64,000 nt of DNA from Thermoplasmata archaeon (GTDB lineage: Archaea; Thermoplasmatota; Thermoplasmata; Lutacidiplasmatales; UBA184), in assembly GCA_035623855.1 (NCBI GenBank), contig DASPSQ010000004.1, positions 1,474 through 65,473 on the forward strand, written 5' to 3'. Position 1 is the first letter of the stretch; each line of letters opens with the position of its first letter. The position numbers were made by a program, and so were the translations under genes. Positions 17,785 through 26,053 of this stretch are shown piece by piece. Below the pieces are notes generated by a model. That model saw only the letters and a program-made list of their open reading frames with translations. It did not search any database and was not told the DNA's origin.

Positions 17785-18642
17785 ATGTCCGGGCGGCAGG
17801 TGAACGCCGTGGTGGAATTCGTGTGGCGAGACGAGGCGACGGCCGCACAGAGCTTTGGTTCGGGGTCCGTGGTGATCTCGGCGTTCCCGAGCGCCGGACT
17901 CGCGACGATTGTCGCGGCGCATTACGCGATCCGCGCGCTCAAGCTCCCGCGGGTCGGTCGGTTCGATTCCCCGGACCTCTCACCGATCGCGATCGTCCAG
18001 GGCGGGGAGGTCAACCCGATGGTCCGAGCGTACGGACGGCCGGATCTCGCGCTCGTCCTTTCGGAGTTCCCGCCGACCCCGTCGCAGGCGAACTCCCTCG
18101 CGAAGACGATCCTCGACAACGCGGAGCGACACCGTGCACGAATGATCGTGGCTCTGGAAGGCGTGGTGCCCCATCCCGAGGGGGATGAGGAAGCGGAGAT
18201 CGACGCGACGGCATCCGCTGCGGTCGCGCCCGAGACCGACTCCGGGACGTCGGACATCGGCGAGCAGGTCTGGGTGGCGTTCTCCCGGAAGGACCCCGCG
18301 GTCCTCAAGGCATTCGAGCCCACGAAAGTCCGGGTCCTCGAGGACGGGGTCATTGGAGGGGTCTCGGGAGGTCTCCTCGTCCAAGGGATCTCCCGGAGCA
18401 TCCCGGTCGCGGTTCTCCTGGTGAGCGCCCGGGTCGCCGGGGGGTTGCCGGACCACCGGGCCGGCGCCCTCCTCATCGAGACTCTCGACCGGCTCCTCCC
18501 CGAGATCAAGATCGATACCGGTCCGCTCCGCGCCCAGGCCCAGCAGATCGAGAAGGCGTTGCGCGCGGCGATGCGCCGCACTCCCCAGCCCTCGGTTCCC
18601 TCCCCAGAACGGCCCGAGAAGGGCCCGGGAATGTACGGATAG
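17785..18642 (+). CDS. PAC2-family proteasome assembly chaperone (PbaA/PbaB-like) with C-terminal HbYX motif
   Basis: VVISAFPSAGLATIVAAHYAI...VALEG is PAC2-like. The protein ends ...GPGMYG (hydrophobic-Tyr-X). Start is uncertain: CTATAGT at 17770-17776 would favour the in-frame GTG at 17800. Confidence 0.68.
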   Translation: MSGRQVNAVVEFVWRDEATAAQSFGSGSVVISAFPSAGLATIVAAHYAIRALKLPRVGRFDSPDLSPIAIVQGGEVNPMVRAYGRPDLALVLSEFPPTPSQANSLAKTILDNAERHRARMIVALEGVVPHPEGDEEAEIDATASAAVAPETDSGTSDIGEQVWVAFSRKDPAVLKAFEPTKVRVLEDGVIGGVSGGLLVQGISRSIPVAVLLVSARVAGGLPDHRAGALLIETLDRLLPEIKIDTGPLRAQAQQIEKALRAAMRRTPQPSVPSPERPEKGPGMYG

Positions 18643-18673
18643 CCTTCGGTAGCTCGTGCCCCGGACCCCGGGC

Positions 18674-18841
18674 TCAGCCGAAGGTTTCCGTGTACGTCAG
18701 GAGGTAGAAGGCGCCGATCACCATCGCCGCGAGCAGGGTGAAGATCGCGACGGGGTTCGAGCTGAAGGCGACGACCGTCACCCCGATGAGCGCGGCCGGA
18801 AGCGCGATGAGCAGGAGGAACGTCAGCCAGCGCCCGTCCAT
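18674..18841 (-). CDS. 55-aa two-TM membrane protein (below the ORF-track length cut-off)
   Basis: Hand translation: MDGRWLTFLLLIALPAALIGVTVVAFSSNPVAIFTLLAAMVIGAFYLLTYTETFG*. GC-rich third positions. Lies 92 nt downstream of the FtsZ-like gene on the same strand. Confidence 0.4.
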   Translation of the reverse strand: MDGRWLTFLLLIALPAALIGVTVVAFSSNPVAIFTLLAAMVIGAFYLLTYTETFG

Positions 18842-18933
18842 CGGTTCTCTCGAACGTGCCCCTCAGATAAGCCTGACCGGGGCCTCTGAAGAAGACGGGG
18901 GGCCAAGGGGGACAAGGCCCCCCGTCGAGAGAG

Positions 18934-19857
18934 TTACTGGGCGGTCGGGGGCCGCGGGGGGTTCTCCACCTCGAACGTGAGCTCGACTTCCCCCTCGTCG
19001 GCGTGGGCCGCTGGTATCAGGGGCGTTGGGGCCGGAGGGGCCGAAGGAACCGGCGGCACGAGGTCGATCGGAGTCGCCTCCACCAGGGGGATCTGATTCA
19101 TCGGCCCCGCGGCGATCGCCTCGCTTGCTTCCGTCGCCGAGAGCATCGCTTCGACGGGCGCGAGAAAGGAGTGTTCGATGTGCTCTTCGATCAAGGTCGC
19201 CCAGTGCTGGCTGACGCGAGAGAACGCCGTACGGGCCTGGGTCTCGACCAAGCTCTCGTTGTCGAGGGTCCGCAGGGTCGCGAGCCCCCGCTCCTTTTTC
19301 TCGACGAACGATTCGACGAAGTGAAGACGTGCGATCGCCCGCTCCGCGAGAGACCGCCGCTCGCCCTCGCATCGGAACGGTTTGATCACGAACGCGCTCA
19401 CGACCTCCGCGTTCCGCGATGCGACCTCGAGGACGTACGGGAGCGCGCCGCTCCCGGCACCCCCACCGAGACTGCCCACAACGATCACGAACGTCGCGCC
19501 CTGGAAGATCCGCTGGAGCGCCGGCTCCGCGGCGCGTGCGAGAAGCCCTCCGACAAAGGGGGATCCACCCGTGTCCGTCTCCGCCCCCGTGTCGGGACCG
19601 AGATAGACCCGGCGGTCGAAGTCGTCGAATCCCTGGACCTTGGGGTCACAGTTGATCGCCACTGTTTCGAGGTGGCGGACGTGTTTGCGTGCGATCTCCC
19701 TTCCAATCCGGATCGCCCCCCCGCCCACCGCGGCCAGGACGAATCGAACGTCCTGGCCGAGCCGCAGGTGGGTCTCCCACCCGGTATCGTCGGTTGCGCC
19801 GTATCCCGGCGCGGAGTCTCGCTCGCTCACGGTTCGCTCGGCCTCGTAGGTCCCCAC
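18934..19857 (-). CDS. FtsZ/tubulin-superfamily GTPase lacking the C-terminal (T7-loop) domain
   Basis: AAVGGGAIRIGREIA (T1-like), VVGSLGGGAGSGALPYV (tubulin signature GGGxGxG), SAFVIKPFRCEGERR (FtsZ KPFxFEG) and TLDNESLVE. After helix H7 the sequence becomes a Pro-rich tail. Confidence 0.7.
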   Translation of the reverse strand: MGTYEAERTVSERDSAPGYGATDDTGWETHLRLGQDVRFVLAAVGGGAIRIGREIARKHVRHLETVAINCDPKVQGFDDFDRRVYLGPDTGAETDTGGSPFVGGLLARAAEPALQRIFQGATFVIVVGSLGGGAGSGALPYVLEVASRNAEVVSAFVIKPFRCEGERRSLAERAIARLHFVESFVEKKERGLATLRTLDNESLVETQARTAFSRVSQHWATLIEEHIEHSFLAPVEAMLSATEASEAIAAGPMNQIPLVEATPIDLVPPVPSAPPAPTPLIPAAHADEGEVELTFEVENPPRPPTAQ

Positions 19858-19896
19858 AGCCCACCCCCTCGATCGCGGTCTCCAACCGTCCGGGCG

Positions 19897-20424
19897 TTAG
19901 CGCCCGACGACCCCCTTGCGCTCCAGGTCCTTGCCGCTCTCCTGGAGAGCTCCGACCTGGCTTCGGGTCTCCGCCGCTTCGCGCACCGTCGCACGAGCCC
20001 GCTGGACGAGCTCGTTGACCTTCAGCTCCATCTCGCCGCGGCGGACGATTTCGGCGAGGATGTCCCTCACCGGTCGGCCGTTCGCGACGTGGCGGGCGTA
20101 GGTCTCGAAAGCGGCGTACTCCTCCGGTCGCAGACGTACGGGGACCTCTACAAGGCCCTCGGCGTCCACGGGAGGCGCCGGCGCGGTCGACATCGCCCGG
20201 GAGCGGAGGAACGCGTGCAGCGCGGCCCGCATGAGCTCCGACCGGGTCGAGAACTCGCCGTTCGTCACGAACGAGTCGACCAGGCGGAGCTCCCTGCGGT
20301 TGCACCGTAGCGCGATGCGCGCATCCTCCGGCTCCTCCGGAGCGGCCTCGGGCGCGCGATTGCGCTTCGGATTCCGCTTCGGAACGTTGTCGAACACAGT
20401 CAGCCAAACCGATGTAGATTCCAT
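19897..20424 (-). CDS. Two-domain ribbon-helix-helix (CopG/Arc/MetJ-like) DNA-binding protein
   Basis: IALRCNRRELRLVDSFV...STRSELMRAALHAFL and VPVRLRPEEYAAFETYA...RPVRDILAEIVRRG both fit the beta-alpha-alpha RHH pattern. Start may be the in-frame GTG at 20395-20397, given TTTAAGTA at 20427-20434. Confidence 0.6.
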   Translation of the reverse strand: MESTSVWLTVFDNVPKRNPKRNRAPEAAPEEPEDARIALRCNRRELRLVDSFVTNGEFSTRSELMRAALHAFLRSRAMSTAPAPPVDAEGLVEVPVRLRPEEYAAFETYARHVANGRPVRDILAEIVRRGEMELKVNELVQRARATVREAAETRSQVGALQESGKDLERKGVVGR

Positions 20425-20522
20425 CTACTTAAACACGAGCACCGTCCGTCGAGAATGAAACTGCTCGCGCTCATTTACGCAGGTTTCTGACGTGTCGAAC
20501 ACGGCATGAAAGATGTCGAACA
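20388..20522. promoter_or_regulatory. Three copies of TGTCGAACA (inverted repeat TGT-CGA-ACA), candidate RHH operator
   Basis: Exact 9-mers at 20388-20396, 20493-20501 and 20514-20522. The two upstream copies are 21 bp apart. The proximal copy overlaps the alternative GTG start/TSS of the RHH gene. Confidence 0.3.
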
Positions 20523-20870
20523 AGCTGCGACGCGTGGACTCCCAAAGTATAACAGGAAAAAATTCTGCGTCGGAAGTTCCGGCCCGTTCCGTGGCCAGAG
20601 AATTTCGCGTGTCCGCGGGCAAGATCGCACGGACCCGGCGTCAGAACGGTTCTCGGATCTCGAGAGGAAGCTCCGCGCAGAAATCGGACCGGAGCGGATT
20701 CATTCTATGCAGTTTCTGTATCAGAATCTCTCCGAGAGCCACAATGCGTTAACCCAATCCGGACCGCAGTGACGTCCTGCGTATTGAGGGGCAAGGGTCG
20801 TCCCGGCCGATAGGTACGTCGGGAAGGAGTTGGCGGACGAATCGACCCACGGTATCATTCTAGGGTCGCT

Positions 20871-22496
20871 TCAGCCATCGGTCCCCGCCGGAGAGGATTC
20901 CTCTGGGGCAAAGCTCGAGGAGTTCGCCGGCGCTGGATTGGTTGACGGCTCGATGGCTCGGTGGTTGCGGAGAAACACTCCGATCACTCCGAGGATTCCC
21001 GCAAGGGCGGCACCGACCGCGAAGATCCAGGTGAACGCCGACGTACTCGGCACGCTCAGAACGGCGCCCGTCGGCGGGATGGAGATCGTGCGCGTGAACG
21101 TCGCGAGGAACGTCGCGACCATGACGGGGCCCGCGCTCGCTCCGAGGTCCTGGAACATCTCGGTCATTCCCATATGAATGCCGGTCTCGCCGTGGTGAGA
21201 CGAAAGGGCGATGACGTTCGTCACGGAGACCAGAACGGTCACGAGACCGACGAACGTGGGAACGGCCTCGACCACGAGCTCGACGTACGTCGCGTGGTAG
21301 GCAAGGAGGAGCAGGAATCCGGCCAGGGAGAGCGCCGAGCCGAGCAGCACGAAGGGACGGGGGCCAAACCGGGCGACCCCCTTGCCCACCAGTGGGGCTG
21401 CGACGAACATACTGAGCGTCGTCGGGATGCTCGCGAGTCCGAAGGCGAGAACGCTGTCGCCCAGACCGACGATCGGAAACTCCACCAGCACCGTGAGGAC
21501 CACGAAGGCGGTGAAAAGACCGAGCCCGACGACCAGTGCACCGAGGTAGCTCAGGGAGATGTTCCGGTGACGAAGACGGTCGAAATCAATAATCGGTTCC
21601 TTCGCCGTTCTCTCTCGCCACACGAAAGCGATCGCGAACGCAACCGCGAGGCCGAACAATTCCGGGACGTCCATCGAAAGTCCGAAGAGGGAACCGCCTC
21701 GTAGGCTCGTCCAGCCCCAACTCGGTCCGAGCGTCAGCCCGATCAGGAGTGATGCCAGGGCGCCGCCGAGAAGTCCGGCCCCCGCGAGGTCCATGCGTCC
21801 TCCGGTGCCCGGATGGGAGTCGGGGAGCCATCCGATCGCGAGCAATGGAAGAACCAGGGCGAAGGGAAGCACGGTGGCGTACGCGAACTGCCAGCCGACG
21901 TTCTGGATGAGCCAGGCACCGCCCACCAGCCCTGTGGCGGCTCCGGCCGCGAACATCGAGGCGATCAGTCCCTGCGCGGGCGCGACCTCATGCCGCGGGA
22001 GGCTCTCGGCGACCATCGCGAGAGCCAGAGGGAACATGGCAAGCCCGAGTCCCTGCACGCCGCGGACCCCGATGAGTAGGTAGATGGAATCGGCCCGAGT
22101 GAGTCCCAGGGTGGACCCGAGCACCGGGGTCACTGGGGCGAGCCCCACGGCGACGGAATAGACGCCAAGGACCACCGCGAGGATCCTACGCTTCCCATAG
22201 AGGTCGCCGAGCTTGGCAAAGAGAGGGGTGGTGCAGACCCCTACAACCAGGTACGCGGAGAGCACCCAGGCGACGGTCGTGTAGGGCGCGTTCCCGAAGA
22301 ACGCTGAGAGCTTCGGGAGGGCGGGCACGAGCATCGTTTCGATGAAGTTCACGAGCAGGGCCGCCGCCGCGAGAAGTCCAAGGGTCCGACTGGCGCGGCC
22401 GTTCCGGGGCGTAGCGCTCATCGGATCCTGGGTCGGGGGTTCGGAGGGGGTCGGACTGCGCGTCATCGAGGGGGAGAATGGCCTGGGGCACGTCAA
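20871..22496 (-). CDS. MFS transporter, 14-TM drug:H+ antiporter (DHA2/EmrB-like) type
   Basis: Polytopic protein with MFS motifs (GKLGDLYGKRRIL; many TM segments). Start uncertain (Met1, Met11 or Met26). Confidence 0.85.
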   Translation of the reverse strand: MTCPRPFSPSMTRSPTPSEPPTQDPMSATPRNGRASRTLGLLAAAALLVNFIETMLVPALPKLSAFFGNAPYTTVAWVLSAYLVVGVCTTPLFAKLGDLYGKRRILAVVLGVYSVAVGLAPVTPVLGSTLGLTRADSIYLLIGVRGVQGLGLAMFPLALAMVAESLPRHEVAPAQGLIASMFAAGAATGLVGGAWLIQNVGWQFAYATVLPFALVLPLLAIGWLPDSHPGTGGRMDLAGAGLLGGALASLLIGLTLGPSWGWTSLRGGSLFGLSMDVPELFGLAVAFAIAFVWRERTAKEPIIDFDRLRHRNISLSYLGALVVGLGLFTAFVVLTVLVEFPIVGLGDSVLAFGLASIPTTLSMFVAAPLVGKGVARFGPRPFVLLGSALSLAGFLLLLAYHATYVELVVEAVPTFVGLVTVLVSVTNVIALSSHHGETGIHMGMTEMFQDLGASAGPVMVATFLATFTRTISIPPTGAVLSVPSTSAFTWIFAVGAALAGILGVIGVFLRNHRAIEPSTNPAPANSSSFAPEESSPAGTDG

Positions 22497-22520
22497 CCCC
22501 GTGCCGCGAACGGCGTCAAT

Positions 22521-23555
22521 GTGCGAAACAATTCAGCCCGGTCTTCCGGAATCGTCGGGGAAAGTCAAAAGACCCGAAGTTCGATGCTCCGTCCCATGGT
22601 CGAACACCCGGCCCACCTCATCCCCCGGCCGGCGGACATCGATATTGACATCCTACGCGAGATGTACCACTCCCGAGGCGTGACGATCGCCGGCATCGAT
22701 CCTCGGCTCAATGCGAACCGGGTCGCCCAGAGGCTCGGGGTCAGCCGAGCCCGCGTCGACGCGCGTCTCAAAGAGTGGGCGCGGTACGGTCTCCTTCAAC
22801 GGTTCGACGTATGGCCGAACCCGTCGCTCTTCCACCGCCAAGGATTCACCGTCGATCTCCGGCTCGCGGACCGATTCCGAAAGGAGGAGGTGTTTCACCG
22901 GATCGGGTTGATCGATGGCGCGGTGGGAGGCATGGATTTCGTTGGGGAGTGGATCACGACGCAGTTTGTCGTCCCGACCGAAAGTGACGGCCGTCGGACG
23001 ACGCAGCTCCTCCGCGCGATCTCAGGAATCGTGGAAGTCGGTACCCCCATCCCCTGGACACGGCTCGAGCCTACCCGCGACCTGACACGGCTCGACCGAA
23101 AAATCGTGAGAGTGCTGCGAAAGTATCCAACCGAGCCTCTCTCCGTGATCGCTCGCCACGTGGGAGTTTCGACTCGAACCATGACCACCCGGTACGGGCG
23201 ACTGGTGGACGACCTTGCCGTCTGGTTCGTCCCCGTCCTCGATTTCCGGGCGCTCACTCAGCCGGTGGTGACGGTGAACGTGGAACTGGCCGTCAACGCG
23301 GATCCGGGCGCCGTGTCCCACTCGGTCCGTAAGGCGTTCCCGCAATCCCTCGAACTGGTGCGGACGGCGTTCGGCCCGGCCCTTCCGGAGCACGTCCGGG
23401 TGTTCTTTGTCTTGTGCCCTTCGGCCGCGCGGCTCGAGGAGCTCGAGGGGTTCATCCGGGGTCTCCCCGGGGTCGGCGCGGTGGAAATGCTCGTGATGAT
23501 CCGCAACTTCTCGTTTCCGGAAACGTTCGACCGTCTCGTCCCTGAGGACGGTTGA
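22521..23555 (+). CDS. Transcriptional regulator with two Lrp/AsnC-type winged-HTH modules
   Basis: DILREMY...NRVAQRLGVSRARVDARLKEWARYGLL and LDRKIVRVLRKYPTEPLSVIARHVGVSTRTMTTRYGRLVDD. Divergent from the MFS gene. Start uncertain. Confidence 0.5.
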   Translation: MRNNSARSSGIVGESQKTRSSMLRPMVEHPAHLIPRPADIDIDILREMYHSRGVTIAGIDPRLNANRVAQRLGVSRARVDARLKEWARYGLLQRFDVWPNPSLFHRQGFTVDLRLADRFRKEEVFHRIGLIDGAVGGMDFVGEWITTQFVVPTESDGRRTTQLLRAISGIVEVGTPIPWTRLEPTRDLTRLDRKIVRVLRKYPTEPLSVIARHVGVSTRTMTTRYGRLVDDLAVWFVPVLDFRALTQPVVTVNVELAVNADPGAVSHSVRKAFPQSLELVRTAFGPALPEHVRVFFVLCPSAARLEELEGFIRGLPGVGAVEMLVMIRNFSFPETFDRLVPEDG

Positions 23556-23696
23556 CGCGAGGGCCCAGAAGGGTCCACCGCCCCAAGGTTTCCGGTAGAC
23601 CTGGGGCCGCCGGGCGGTGGCAAAGTCCGCGTTTCCGTCTAGGACCGAATGGTAAAATCGCCGTCGATCCTTGACTCGAAGCGGACGAGTTGGGCC

Positions 23697-24170
23697 ATGG
23701 TGAAGATTTCGCTCCGATACGGGTTTCGTCAGAAGCTCCGGGTCCCGGCCCGGGCCGCCTACGCATGGGCCACTGATTTTCGAAACGACGACGGTCGTCT
23801 CTTCTCCCAGACGATGCGTCGGTCCGTACGGCGGATCGCCGAGGACGCGATCGTCATGACCGATCTAACGTACCCGGAGGGTCGACCCCGGCGGATTCGC
23901 CGGCTGGTCCGGATGGACCCTCAGCGGATGTCGTGGACGAACACGCACCTCAACGGCCCGTTTCGGCATTCACAATTCTGGTATCGGATCGTGCCGGAGG
24001 GACCCCGCGCCTGTCGGCTCGAATTCGATGGGTTGATGCTGGAGGACGTCCCCAAGGCGATGTCGAGCTCCGAGATTGCCCGCCGGGCCCGGGAGAACCA
24101 GGTTCACGACTCGACGGAATGGCGCCGGTGCCTTGCCCCCGCCCTGGAGTCCGAGGCCGTGGCCAGGTGA
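23697..24170 (+). CDS. SRPBCC (START/polyketide-cyclase-like) family protein
   Basis: Weak family-level resemblance (LRVPARAAYAWATDFRNDD..., SWTNTHLNGPF..FWYRIVPEGPRACRLEF). Start taken at the second Met. Confidence 0.4.
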   Translation: MVKISLRYGFRQKLRVPARAAYAWATDFRNDDGRLFSQTMRRSVRRIAEDAIVMTDLTYPEGRPRRIRRLVRMDPQRMSWTNTHLNGPFRHSQFWYRIVPEGPRACRLEFDGLMLEDVPKAMSSSEIARRARENQVHDSTEWRRCLAPALESEAVAR

Positions 24171-25963
24171 CGGTCGAAGAATTCAACCGCCCGACGCGCC
24201 GTTTCGATCTGATTCTCACGGCGCGTGAAGCCGTGTCCTTCGTTCTCGAAGAAGAGCGACTCAACGTGACGACCGGACTTCCCCAGGGCCTCGACGATCT
24301 GCTCGGCCTCGAGGATCGGAACCCGAGGGTCGTTGCGCCCATGAAGGACGAGGAGGGGCGTCCGAATCCGGTCGAGGTGATGGATCGGAGAGATCGACTC
24401 AAGGAACTCGCGATCCCGATCGAGTCTCCCGTACTCCGCCTCCCGCAACGCGCGCCGATAGTCGGCCGTCCGCTCGAGGAACGTGACGAAGTTCGAGATC
24501 CCGAAGATCTCGACCGCGGCGCCCCAGTACTCGGGGTAGGTCGTGATGGACGCCAGCACCATGAACCCGCCGTAGCTGCCTCCGATGATCCCGATCCGCC
24601 CCCGGACCGCCTTCTTCGAACGCGTCAGTCCTTCGGCAATGTCCCGGATGTCGCGGACAGAGTCCATCCGCTTCCTCACGTCATCGAGATGCACGTACGT
24701 CCGACCGTACCCCAAGCTCCCTCGCACGTTGGGAAGGACGACCCTCCATCCTTCCCCGACGAGGAACCCGAGCGCAGGGTCAAAGGACGGGCGTGCTTGG
24801 GCCTCGGGGCCGCCGTGGATCGAAATGAGGGTGCCACGGCGACCCCCTCCGGGACCGACGTACTCCCAGTACGGCAATCGTAGGCCATCGACCGATTTTA
24901 CCGAACCGAGGCGCGGCTCGGAGATCCGACGGGGCGGCGAAACCGCCGAGACGGTCAGCCGACGGGACCGGCGGGACTCTAAGTCGTAGACAAAGATCTC
25001 CCGGCCGTTGGTCCAGCTCAGGTCGAAGGCGACTGCGCTCCCATTGGGGTGCCAGACCGCCTCCTCGATCATCCCCCTCGGTCGCAGCCGGACGAGCCGA
25101 TCGGCGTTGGACTCCGTGTCGACGATATGGAGATCGCTCCAGCCGTCACGATTGACCACGACAGCGAGCCGGCTCCCTCTCGGGGAGATTCGGACGAGTT
25201 CCACGTCCCCATCGTACTCCTGCACGACGGTGGGATCGGTCCCTTCGAATGGGTACCGGAGGAGGCCGACGTATTCTCGTCCCGGATTGGTGGCCACGTA
25301 GACCGCGTCGACGCCGATCGCCGCAGAGCTGACGGTCAGCTCGCCCTCGTGGGGGTTGAGATGGACCGGGGCCCCGGCGGGGCCCAGAAGGAAGAGATCC
25401 GAGTCCAGGCCCGTGTTGTACCGCTGGACAAGGATTCGGTCGGCTCGGGTCGCGACGGCCTCCTGCCAAGCGTCCCCAGTCCAGATCCGTTCCGGGGGGG
25501 ACCAACCATCCACGTTCACGCGATATACGTCGAAGTACCGGCGGTTTCGTGCGTTTGAGGAGAACAGGTACTGGTGTCCATCCATCATCCATCGACCCGG
25601 AAGGTTCATCACGTTCGGATCGGCGGTGAGCGGACGACGACGTTCCCGGGGAGTTCCGATCCCCTCTCGGAGCGTGATGAGTTCCAGTTGCCAGACCTCG
25701 TTCCCGCCGGAATCCTGGGATACGACCGCCCGGCGCACCGTGGGACACGCGTCCACCCGGCCGATGCGATCCCGAGTCTCAAGGAGACGTCGGATCTGTT
25801 CCCCCCGCGCGTCGGTGCGCCACGCTTGGGGTAGCCCCGAAGCGTCGGAAAGGAACAGAACCTCCTGCCCATCACTCGAAAAGCACGGCTGCCACGCCTG
25901 GGCCACCTGGAACCAGCGTCCGAGACGCTCAGTGACAGTCGATTTCGCCCGCGGAGGCGACAC
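24104..25963 (-). CDS. S9-family serine peptidase (prolyl oligopeptidase/acylaminoacyl-peptidase type) with N-terminal beta-propeller
   Basis: GIIGGSYGGFM (nucleophile elbow), LVLHGRNDPRV and ENEGHGF (catalytic His). The N-terminal 350 aa are propeller-like. Confidence 0.85.
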   Translation of the reverse strand: MSPPRAKSTVTERLGRWFQVAQAWQPCFSSDGQEVLFLSDASGLPQAWRTDARGEQIRRLLETRDRIGRVDACPTVRRAVVSQDSGGNEVWQLELITLREGIGTPRERRRPLTADPNVMNLPGRWMMDGHQYLFSSNARNRRYFDVYRVNVDGWSPPERIWTGDAWQEAVATRADRILVQRYNTGLDSDLFLLGPAGAPVHLNPHEGELTVSSAAIGVDAVYVATNPGREYVGLLRYPFEGTDPTVVQEYDGDVELVRISPRGSRLAVVVNRDGWSDLHIVDTESNADRLVRLRPRGMIEEAVWHPNGSAVAFDLSWTNGREIFVYDLESRRSRRLTVSAVSPPRRISEPRLGSVKSVDGLRLPYWEYVGPGGGRRGTLISIHGGPEAQARPSFDPALGFLVGEGWRVVLPNVRGSLGYGRTYVHLDDVRKRMDSVRDIRDIAEGLTRSKKAVRGRIGIIGGSYGGFMVLASITTYPEYWGAAVEIFGISNFVTFLERTADYRRALREAEYGRLDRDREFLESISPIHHLDRIRTPLLVLHGRNDPRVPILEAEQIVEALGKSGRHVESLFFENEGHGFTRRENQIETARRAVEFFDRHLATASDSRAGARHRRHSVES

Positions 25964-26053
25964 AAGGGGCCAAACCGAGGCGACCTTTACCCCTTCGCCT
26001 CCCGCTGAAGCCGGGGGGAAAGGCGATGTGATTACGGTGGCGGACCGATCGAA

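Noticed and set aside
20506-20772. 88-aa ORF (and the overlapping 79-aa ORF) as a real protein gene
   Set aside because: Third-position GC is well below neighbouring genes, no fold or motif is recognisable, and two frames are open simultaneously. The region is kept as a finding but is not called as a CDS.
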